From Klebsormidium nitens (taxonomy: Eukaryota; Plantae; Klebsormidiophyceae), in the NCBI GenBank assembly GCA_000708835.1, contig DF237036.1, positions 124,001-188,000 of the forward strand: DNA of 64,000 bases, written 5' to 3'. Below the pieces are notes generated by a model that worked only from the letters and a program-made list of their open reading frames with translations, was not told the DNA's origin and searched no databases. This document shows positions 26,923 through 36,916 of the stretch, piece by piece (within the stretch, counting starts at the first letter, position 1; each line of letters opens with the position of its first letter). A program made the translations under genes and the position numbers.

Positions 26923-29900
26923 TCACGGCAACAGCTCAACCTCGTGCGGCATGATGTCCTCCTGCGTCCTATAGCTCTTGTCGGGCGAGTAATAGCACAA
27001 ATTCGCCACGTGGCTCGTGTACAAGCACGCGAAACGCTCGACCTGGTGCGCAAAACGCGAGTTCTGGTAGCCGGTCTTCATCAGCTGACCCCAGACCGGG
27101 TGGAAGCTGTGGTGCAACTCCTTCTGGCGCCGGCGGTGCTCCTCGCGCGCGTGGTCGCGAGCGGCCAAGACCTGCAAAAGGACAGAATTGCCTCATTTTT
27201 CCTATTTCTTTTTCTCGAATTATCGTTTTCTCGGTTTTGGCCGCAGCCAGCAAGGCGTGTATCCGGAGTGGTCTTGGGCGGACAATACCTGCAAAAGGGC
27301 AAGATAGCCTTCCTTTACTCTTTCTTTTCGTTTTGGCCGCAGCCTAGCAGGACTTGTTTCTGGGCTGGTCACTGGATCCAAAGACATGGTTTTTTGCAAA
27401 AACTGCGTCTGCGTCTGCAATTCTGGGCTGCAAGGAGGTCTGCAGTAGCTCCTTCCGGCGTCGGCACTGCTCCTTGCACGCGTGTCGCGGGCGGCTAATA
27501 CCCGAAAACTTGTTTGAAGGAGTAGTCAGTGGATCTTGATACATGGGTCTGCCATTGGCCTGCCTCTGCCATTGATCGTTGTAAGGGAGTTTGCATTGGA
27601 CTCGCAAGAAATCCTCGCGAGACTTGGGCGGGGCTTTAAGGCACGACGACAAGCAACATTATGCGGCTTAGATTTTTGACAACAAGGATTCTTTCATGCC
27701 ACTTTTGAGTTAAGATCGGCTGCTCCCTGATTTCTCAAACCCCTCCCCCCCGGCTCCCATCCCCCGCCTCCTTTTCTTTTTATCAGGCCCCGACACTCGG
27801 GTCTAGGGGCGCAGGCGGTGCTCCTTGATCGCCTCCCGGTCCTTCAGAAACCTTCTCGCAGACGTCAGAGGGAGATCCGACGAGACCTAGTAATCATTGT
27901 GATCCAGGACGCGACGGTAGTGTTTCCCCGGCTGAGAGAGAGAAAAAGCGGAACTGAAAGTGAAAGCGAGAGTGAATGTGAGAGAGTAAACTTACCTCTT
28001 CCATCTCCTGCTTGATGGCCTTACGGTCCTTGTCATCGGGCGAATCATACTGGAGCGCCCAGGCCAGCCGCTGCAGCGTGTCGTCCAGTGAGTCGCGCTC
28101 GTGCCTCAGGACGTCGAAGTTCTGCGTAGCAAAAGAGTGATTCCTTTCAAGACCTAATCCGCTTCTCACTCAACTAACGATGCTCTGTTACGGTATCGAG
28201 ATTGAGATGTTGCATGTAGGTAGGAGGATGCTTAAAAGGTTTCCATTGTCTCGTATCTCAGGAATCCACGTATGTGCGCCGTCCTCTGCAGCGTATGCAG
28301 TTCTGCCAAGAGTACTCTTTATGGGGGAAAACCAAAAGCTTATTGAATGAATCAACGGTTATTGAATCCACCTCTCGTATGTGCGCTGTCATCTGCAGCG
28401 TAAGCAGCTCTTTCTCCAGCTCCGGCACGACCAGCATGGTCCGCCACCCTAGTTGCTTCTTGCTCCGCAGAATGTCGCCGTATATGTGGTCGCCCACGTA
28501 TAATATCTGCGCCCCCGCCTGGACTCCTATCATGCTGTGAAGATGCGCGACTGTGCCGCCCTGAAACGTGCGGCAGCCCTTGGAGCCGATGTGATGGGGC
28601 TCTTTTGGCGCCATGTCACCCACCTGAAAAGCAAAGTTATGAGCCTCTTTTGGCGCCATGTCCCCCCCCTAAAAAGGAAAGGTTTGGTCATGCATACCTT
28701 CTCATCCCACGTATCTGAACTGTGAAGTGATTTTAGACATTTTCAGACCGTCAGAATTTCAAGCCTCGGGCACCGCTTGCGGTTTGGACCTTGTTGTGCT
28801 GCGAACGTGCGGCAAACCTTGACCCGATGTGGGGGGGCTCTGGGAGACCCGTATCATCGACCGACATGACAATACTGATAGTCACTAATGGACTTAGGGA
28901 AAGGCTCCTACGACTTTGCAAACTGGGAAGTTTGCGCACCTATGGCTTTAGTCATGGGACTGTCGCACTTAAACCCTGTGAATGCTTTAACAAGAGCAGG
29001 CCGTGCCCCTTTAGACAACGCGGCAGCCGTTTGACCCCATTAGGCGAGACTCTATAACCTATATGTCATCCATCTCAAACAAAGCGAACAATCATGCTTC
29101 ACGGGCTCGGTAGAGAAAGTGAGCCCATCGGAAACGCAACAAGATGTGGAGTCCTGAAGTTCAGGTATGCCAAACTTGGAACCTCTGCATCTGTGCAACG
29201 AGACCCTAAAACATGCACCTCAAGCTTGGGGCTGTAGCATTCATTTGGGGGTCGCAACTCGCCAACCAAAGCCTTACCACAAGAGGCTTCTCGACTATCA
29301 GATTCAAGGTCCGGTAGCTTTTTCACTGACGAGATCCTGAAGTCTGAAGTATTCGTAGCCTTATTCCGTAACCCGGTTTCGTTAACCCGGAATCTCACCT
29401 GAACCATGGGGCTGCCGTTGTCGGTGTTGAGGAGGAAACCGGTCATCGGGTCCACCTCGAAGATGGGCGACCGGTTGCCGTCCATGAAGAAGGCGGGCTT
29501 GCAGCTGCATGACGCAAGAGGTGACGTCAGCACCAGAAAAAAGTTTGACGTAAGCATTTAATGAATTGAGAGTGTCCTCCGGTTGAAGCGAGGCTTTCTC
29601 AGGGTCCACTTTGAAGATGGGCAACCGGTCGGCAAAGGCGGGCTTGCAGCTACACGGCGTAAGAGGTGACGTCAGCACCAGAGGGAGTTTGCATCAGCAA
29701 TGGATAAGCTATGGGAGCCAGTGCCCTTGAATGAAGCAAGGCTTCCTCAAGGGCACTCTTGACGATTGGCATGGCGAAGGCGGGTTTGCAGCTGTACGAC
29801 ATAAAAGGGTGAGGTCAGCACCAGGGGGCTGACATCAGCATGAATCAGTCTGCTCAAATTGCCGATGGCGACCGCTTGCCTTTTGCTAAACTACGGATTC

Positions 29901-32900
29901 AAAGCAACAAAGAACTGGAGCTACTTGTAGGCCCACGAACTTTCTTGCAAGCAAAAGAAAGAGCCGGAACGACTTAGCAGAAAAGGTTTCGAAACGAAGA
30001 GATCTGCAGAAGCCTCAAACAAGAGTAAAACGACTCGGATCCTGACAGAAAAGTCTCACCTCCCCACGATAACGGTGTCAAAGTACTGGAGCCACTTGTC
30101 GTCGCGCGGGATGTTCTTGCCGCACTTGCCGCACAGGTAGTTCATGACCACGTGGGTGTAGTCCCATAAGCTATTGGTCACCAGGAACGTGTTCCGGCCG
30201 GACTTGCGGATCATCTCCAGCATCGGCACAATCTGCTCGTCCATGAAGATGTACCTGGGTGACAATAAGATGACGTCAGCATCAGAAGGTGAAGTCAGTG
30301 CGGGTGAGTGACGTCACCAGGAAGGTTTTGGGGCCCGAGATTGGATCATCTCCAGCATCGGCACAATCTGCTCGTCCATGAAGATGTACCTGGGCGAAAG
30401 TGGGTGACGTCAGGATCAGGAGGTGACGTCAGCGCGTTTGAGTGACGTCACCAGGGAGGGAGCATCCCAGCATCGGCACAATTTGCTCGTCCATGAAGAT
30501 GTACCTGGGCGAATCAAGGCGACGTGAGCAGCACCAAATGACGTCAGGCGGGTGTGAGTGACGTCACTGGGGACGTGCTGCGGCCGGGACTTGCAAAGAA
30601 TCTCCAGCGTCCGCACGACTTGTTCGTCCATGAAGATGTACCCGGGCAGGGAGCGTTACTTCAGCTTCACAAAGTTACGTCAGCAAGGGTTAATAAGGTC
30701 AGCAGGGCGTTGCGATACTGGACGCTGCTGAGTTTGAGAGGTGACAATTAGAAAGCTGAAACCGCATTGGTAAGGTCGGCTCGTCGTTTTTCGGAAAGTC
30801 GCAATAACGAGTACAGACGAATCTAAACGAAGTCACCGATACTCGACGACGTCAGGACGGAATGGGCGCAGGAAAGGGGATGCGCGTCCAATTCTGTGCT
30901 GAGAAGAAGCCGCAGCCATTTCGAAACATTGGGCTTCAGAAGCATAGTAGCTCGACACAGGTTTCGTCTGAAATGTACCCTTGATGTACTGTAACTTATA
31001 ATGAGGGACCGCTTTCCAGCACTTCCATTCTGGATGATCTGATGCACAGACCGCACAGCAACGTGGACCTATGTCTCTCGTGGTAGCCAGAAGAGGAGGT
31101 CGCAAGGGGGCGGAGTGCGATGGATATACACGAAGGGAACAGAAGGAATAGAAAGGTGTTCGAGGAAGGGCTTGAAAAGTAAAGTCAAGAAGGGAAGAAG
31201 AAAAAGCAACATGCTCACTTCTCCGGATCCGCCGCTACGGCCCGCTTGAGGCTCCCGTCCCGGTGGCAAAGATCCACCGCCGCTCGCACGTCTTTATACA
31301 GCGTCGCGTAGTCGCGCTCCGGCGGCATCAGCTCCGGGTGCTCGTCTTTCAGATCGACGAGTTGCGCGAACAGGTACGCCTGGAGAGACGACGTCAGCGG
31401 GGTCAGGGATGACGTCAGCGGTTGAGAAAGCAAGCTGGAATAGAAGCAGCGTCGCGAAGTCGCATCACTTTGGAATGCTCGTCTTTCATATCCACGAGTT
31501 GCGTGAACAGGTATGCCTGAACGAAGGTGGCGCGATGTAAGACGCAACGTCAGCAGACGACGAATTGATGTGCCGAGTCCGAGCGTGGAGGCACCGGGTT
31601 GAGGTGTTTGTCTCTCTACCACCTGCGCAAAGAGGTAACCCCTGGGTCGCAAGAAACGACGTCAGCGGAATCAAAGGTGACGTCAGCAGCTGAGACGACA
31701 GGCTGAGATGATAGCAGCGTTTCGTAGTCGCCCCCTCGAGCGGTCAGAGTGCACAGACTGATTGACCTTGGCCAGCGAGGAGAACGGGTCTGGAAACGCG
31801 TATTCTCGGCTCGTCGAATGTATCAAGACGGCGCGTTCTAGATTGAACAGTCTCGCTTCAAGTGCACCTCTTCGTAATGAAAAAAAACTTCTCTTTCCTT
31901 ACCTCTACTAACAAGGAGAGTGTACCATAAGCACGTAGCCAGCTCCTCGTGAGTATTTCCAGGAGGCGGGGTCAAGGTTACAATCTCTCACTAAGCGCAA
32001 ACAGTTCGTAGCAGCAATGTGAGGGCGGTAGTTCTTTCCTTCCTTACCTCAGCTAACGAGAAGAGCATATCGATAAGCGCGTAGTCCGGCTCGCCGTATG
32101 TATCTCGAGACGGCGCATCTCCGTTGAACAATCTCTTGTAAAAGCACACGGGTTTGCAGCCTGAATGTAAAATGGCACCTGAACCTCACCTCGGCTAACG
32201 AGAAGAGGGTGTCAATAAGCGCATAGTCCGGCTCGTCGTATGCATCTTGCGCCGGCGCATCTCCGTTTTCAGAACCTCTTTAAGCGTATAACTTGTGTAG
32301 CTTAGTGAGAGGGCGGTAGATTCTTTCCTCCCTTATCTCCGCTAATGAGAAGAGGGTGTCAATAAGCGCGTAGTCCGGCTCGTCTTATATATCTTGAGTC
32401 ACCGCGCCTCCGTTGAACAATCTCCTGTAAAAGTACACGGGTTTGCAGCCTGATTGTAAAACGGCACCTGATCCTCACCTCGGCTAACGAGAAGAGGGTG
32501 TCAATAAGCGCATAGTCCGGCTCGTCGTATGTATCTCGGGACGGCGCGTTTCCGTACGTCTCCAGACGGGCGTCCCTCGTCATCTCCCGGAACCCGTGGT
32601 ACGCGATCTTGACGTACTTGTGACGGTCCATCTGGGTTCAGAAAACGTCAGGGGTGGTTAAGCAGGTTGAGGAAGGGTTACGATTGCGAACACGGTCGAG
32701 ATGCGTCGGGGCGTCTCCTACAGTTGTTAAGACTTCTGGTATGCAGTCTTCACGTACTTATGACCGTCCATCTGAGTTTAGAAGGCGTTCAGATCAGTTT
32801 GGGACTCATTTTGCGGAAGGCTACAAGACTAGCAGTGAAACCATGTACTAGACGTGACAGAGGTTTCCTGTCTCCTCCTGAACTCGTGATTGCACAGTCC

Positions 32901-35708
32901 TCACGTTTTTGTGAACTGGTCTATTCCACGAGATGAAAAAGCAATGAGGAGAAACGAAGAGTAGGCTGGCTTTGGCTTGTAGTAAGGGTTCCTAACAATC
33001 CAATCGAAGCCGTTGATGTAAACTGCAGAGTGAACACGTTTCCTGAGTCTACTCGTGGCAGCTTGACTAGAAAGACAAGGGTTTCGCTTCTCTAAGGATG
33101 CATTACCTGCTAGCTCCGAAGAGGTCAGCGACGAAGTATCACGACAAAAAAATGTCAATGCAAGCTCGTACAAGCTTGCTGCATACTCTGATTTGGGGTT
33201 TCGCAAAAGGTCCTGAAGCTCCGACCTTCACCGAACTTCTGAGAATTGACGGCCCAAAAATAACTCGCAGCCTGGACGTTGGAGAGCCACCTGCGGAAGC
33301 TGCCGTTCTCTAGATTGTGGCCCAATAGCTCTCGATCTCACACTGACCCTTACAAGCAATTCTTTCTAGCCGAGGACTTTGACTTTGACCTTTGAACTGC
33401 AAAACCGAAACTCTCGAACCCTGGACCACCTTTCCTGAATTGGTATCCTCAAATGCTGGAGCATAAGAGCCAGACCTTGGGTTCACGTCTTTACCTCCGA
33501 GAAAACATGCTTCACTGGAATCCTGTGAAGTCTGACACCGTTGACCTAACACTCTAAAGTCCTCTTTAAGAGACGGGAACCCACAACAAAAAAAGCGGAA
33601 ACTATTCTCACCTTGAGGATGTTGCCTCGCTTTTTGTCGATTGCTAACCCCCGCACCATGTACCGCCAGTCAAACTTCCATTCGAGGCAGTCCTGTGGGT
33701 AACCCAAGTTGTTAACCAGCTTCTTGATCGTCTCATGATACGCCAGCGTCTCGAACGTGTCGGGCCTGCACGGAAAAACTCTCCTGATTTATAGATACCA
33801 AGGTCGTCCCGCACGTTACGAATTTGCAGTTGAACCCAAGTTGTTGACCAGCTTCTTGATCGTCTCATGCTACGCCAGCGTCTCGAACGTGTCGGGCCTG
33901 CACGAAAAACTCTTCTGATTTACAGATACTAAGGTCGTCCCGCACCTTAGGAATTTGCAGTTGAAGCGGTCCTGTGGAGAACCCACGCGCTTAACCAGCT
34001 TCTTCATCGTCTCATGTAACGGTTGTCAAACGATGAAGAGAATCTTCTGTCGAGAACAAACGGAGAATACAAACTGAGCCAATCCTTGTTCAGCTCTTGA
34101 TGCATCTTCAAGATCTGAAGCATCTTCATCGGCCAAAAAACAGAAGTTTCTCTTAGGGGAGACAGTCAGGCCCACAAAGGTTGAATCAGATGGAGCACAC
34201 TTCGCTTGCCTCTGGCAAAAGGTCCAACATTGCGACTGTGATTGGATAGACAGAACATGTATTCTCTTACTTATACTGCGCGAGTGTGTAGTCCATGTCG
34301 AAGCCGACGGCCTTGATGCTCTTCATGTTGAGCGAGCGATTGCAGAAGATTTTGCGCCGGTAGTCGACCGGGCTGCACCATACCTGCGGTGTCAACAACG
34401 TTCTGGGGCCCAGAGAAGTACGGGAACTGACATTTCTTGTTCCTGGATGATATACTAGAACTTGGTTGAACAGCCAATGTAGTTGTTGACAAGGTAAAGA
34501 GTTACGCGACGCAGTTCGTGTGAGAATCGGCTCTGGAATCTCAAAAAGGACTGAAGACAAGCCCTTGGCCATCCTATGCGCCACTGTTATTTCAGGCCAT
34601 GAAACTGGGTGAATCCATGTATACTATGCCGAATCATCTGTTGACAATGAGTTGTGCAAGCTGCTGATCTCAATTGCCAAACAAGATTGGTTTCTGAGAT
34701 CCTTATGGGAAGGCCTATCCTGACCATAGCTAGCATGTTTGTCCTGAAGGCTCCAGATACAAGTGAAACAAAACTCAGATTCTTTTTCTGCGAAAAATAA
34801 GACAGCGTTTTTCAAACCGTGCCAATTCATACTCAGGAACCCACCTTGCTGGTCCAAGGAGGAGAATCTAAGTCCGGTCGCGCCACCGGAATCGGTTCCC
34901 CTGTAATCGGCGGCGGCACCGGTTTCCACCGTTCCTTCACTTCCTGGCGCATCCGCCCCTTCACGTCCTCTCCCACCTCATGCACATTTACACCAGCCCC
35001 GTTCACACTGAGCCCATTTACACTATTTTCATCCATTGCTTTCTGCAAGCTTGCGGCGCTTTCTGAAAGCCCCGCGCTGTTGAAAACGCCCGTTTCTGCA
35101 TCTCCTGAACGGCCCAAATGAGCCAGCAACCGGTCGGCGCCCTCGCTAGCTGCCACGTTTTCCTCCTCAATCCTCTCCTCCGCCTCTAGTTCTTTCCTTT
35201 CCCTCTGCGTGTGCGACTTTCCATTTGCAGACGCTTCTCTCCTCACGGACGCATTTGTCCCTGTCTTGCTGTCTGAACCGCCGACCCTTTCGGTTTCAAA
35301 ACCCCTAGAATTGGCAACGGGGTCGTTAGCCACCCCCCCGCCTGGAGATCCCTGATGATCACGCATGCTCGAAACGCACCGCAAGCCCGTGCGCCTTATC
35401 CTGGTTTCACCGGCGCCTATTCGCGCCTGCCCCAAGCTGAAGGGGCTTTCCTCTAACCCTGCCCTAAACCTGCCCGAACCCAAGCTTTCCTCAACGCCTT
35501 GCCTGCAAGCATCCCCGAATCGTCGCCCGGAGAATGCACCGATTGATGCAAGAGTTTGCAAACTAGACGATGAACTTTCTACCCATTTGGAAGAGCGACC
35601 AAATATGGAAGGGGCCGATGCCTGCGTACTGAAAGAAAGAGACGGGCCTTGTGAGAAGCAGCTCGAGAGCGGAGCTGCCGCGGCCGTTGATCTGCTGAGC
35701 ACAGCCAT
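26923..35708 (-). CDS. HAD-superfamily 5'-nucleotidase (cytosolic purine 5'-nucleotidase/NT5DC type) with long N-terminal extension, probably organelle-targeted; 10 exons
   Basis: Exons (-): 35708-34845, 34383-34271, 33765-33612, 32631-32479, 31379-31219, 30254-30060, 29504-29399, 28623-28372, 28121-27996, 27171-26923. All junctions are GT-AG and phase-compatible. Motifs KIFCNRSLNM, GFDMDYTLAQY (HAD motif I), FLVTNSLWDY, LYVGDHIYGDILRSKK.LGWRT, WGQLMKTGYQNSRFAHQVERFACLYTS. Ser/Ala-rich N-terminus MAVLSRSTAAAAPLSS. Confidence 0.93.
27150..27360 (-). repeat. Splice-acceptor echo of nucleotidase exon 10
   Basis: cttttgcag|GTCTTGGCCGCTCGCGACCAC (acceptor 27172-74) is echoed by cttttgcag|GTATTGTCCGCCCAAGACCAC (27289-91), offset 117 nt. 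Confidence 0.75.
28600..28675 (-). repeat. 45-nt tandem duplication of the exon 8 acceptor and exon start
   Basis: CTCTTTTGGCGCCATGTC occurs at 28600 and 28645. An upstream tttttag acceptor (28669-70) is in frame with the ttttcag acceptor (28624-26). Confidence 0.85.
29450..29830 (-). repeat. Acceptor echoes of nucleotidase exon 7 (2 extra copies)
   Basis: AAGGCGGG(C/T)TTGCAGCT + GTGA(C/G)GTCAGCACC unit with acceptor positions 29505-07 (real), 29650-52 and 29792-94; offsets 145 and 142. Confidence 0.85.
30200..30650 (-). repeat. Acceptor echoes of nucleotidase exon 6 (3 extra copies)
   Basis: TCGTCCATGAAGATGTACC occurs four times; acceptor positions 30255-57 (real), 30390-92, 30505-07 and 30642-44 (mutated to CGG). 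Confidence 0.9.
31380..32478 (-). repeat. Nucleotidase intron 4, composed of 5 donor echoes of exon 4 and 2 acceptor echoes of exon 5
   Basis: The DYALIDTLFSLAE|gt-like unit recurs with donor-equivalent positions ~32336 (GT lost), 32189, 32047, 31902 and 31766. The AYLFAQLVD-like unit recurs with acceptors at 31517-19 and 31642-44. Confidence 0.88.
33701..34018 (-). repeat. Acceptor echoes of nucleotidase exon 3 (132-nt unit, one near-perfect and one degraded copy)
   Basis: AACCCAAGTTGTT.ACCAGCTTCTTGATCGTCTCATG...CGGGCCTGCACG at 33701 and 33833; partial third copy ~33965-34018. Confidence 0.92.
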
Positions 35709-36916
35709 ATTCACCCTGCCCACATTCACATTGTTCTTGATGCCTACTGAGTTGCTGAGCACTGGGGGGAGCGAGTGGTTGCCTGGCTGACTTCGAAGGA
35801 GAGACAGATTCTCTAAGAGGCTGACCAGTCGTCCTGTGAGCCGCAACTGACAGCCACCCTCTTCTAGTTGTCCCGCAACCGGCGCCCCCCTTCCTTTTAC
35901 CCAAGTAGCAGACCTAGTCCCAGATTGTAGTGATTTGCTGGCCGATGTTGAGGCAAAAGCACTCTCTTCGGCCAATGAGATCTTAGCTAGTTTTGCAAAC
36001 CCTCGACATGCATCCCAAGTTCCCAATGCCCGTTTGAGATGAGTTGCGAGAATGCGCGCGGGGCGGGCTTGAATGAGCGCCGTTGTTGCTGATCTTTAGG
36101 GGCCTGAAAAGCGGCCTTGCGAAAAACGGTGGGCCCAGACAGTAAGAAGTGCATCAAAGCTTTGTCACATTTCCAGATGACGGACCTGATTTGCATGAAG
36201 CAAAACGGATAAAAGGGCACCAACAAGGTCTGCCGCACCTCTTCTTTCAAGCAGTATACTCAAGTCAAGGCCTACTTTCTCCTCTTTGGAAATGTTTGGC
36301 CTCGAGACGCAAAATGAAGAGGCTGCAATGCCAGCTCCTTTCCTTCTTTCCTTTGCTGTTGAAAGGAATTTAAAAATTCAAATGCATGAGATTCTTGACT
36401 CATGCATTCTTGACAAGGCAACATGCAACTGCACGGCGCAGACTGCAGTCTCAAAAGCGAGATTCTGTTGAAGGGTTCGGACGTGAATCCTCGTCCCAGA
36501 GTCGAACATTGGAAGGTTTTCTGGACGTCCGATAGCATCATCATTTGCTGAATGACAGGTGGCGTCCTCATAGAGCTCCGGACCACGTGACAGCGAAGAT
36601 CCATGACGTAAGCGAGGCTGAGTGCCCGCACGCGCGAGCGGATGCATTGCACCACCACAACAGTTGCAAAAGCTTGGGCAAAACTGCCAATGGCAAAAGC
36701 CTGGCTCTGATGAGCCAGCAAAATCCATTTTTGGAGAAGTGGACAAATGCTTCTCAAGTCTTTCAAGTTCCAACGTCTCATTGTCTGCGATGGCTCAAGG
36801 GCCACATTTGTACTACAATTCTTCTTTATTAGGAACCGCTCTTGCTGAGCTGTGTGGAAAAGCTCTTCTGATCTTGGTTGGGTAGAGTTTCGAACTTGGA
36901 AGTAGACACTTTTACA

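Noticed and set aside
30200-32478. Echo copies as a mutually exclusive exon cluster
   Set aside because: Each copy carries only one end of the exon and one splice site, and several have stops or frameshifts, so they cannot replace the full exon.
29450-34018. Regularly spaced ~140-nt repeats as a CRISPR array or satellite
   Set aside because: Eukaryotic context. The repeated part is exon sequence plus splice site, the copies are divergent, and no cas genes are present.
35709-36026. Upstream in-frame extension of the nucleotidase ORF to 36026
   Set aside because: The ORF track start is not an ATG. The first ATG (35708) begins a typical Ser/Ala-rich targeting peptide.
36272-36805. 177-aa ORF between the divergent nucleotidase and PT-rich genes
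   Set aside because: No domain or biased composition, and overlapped by similar-length ORFs in other frames; likely promoter or UTR sequence.
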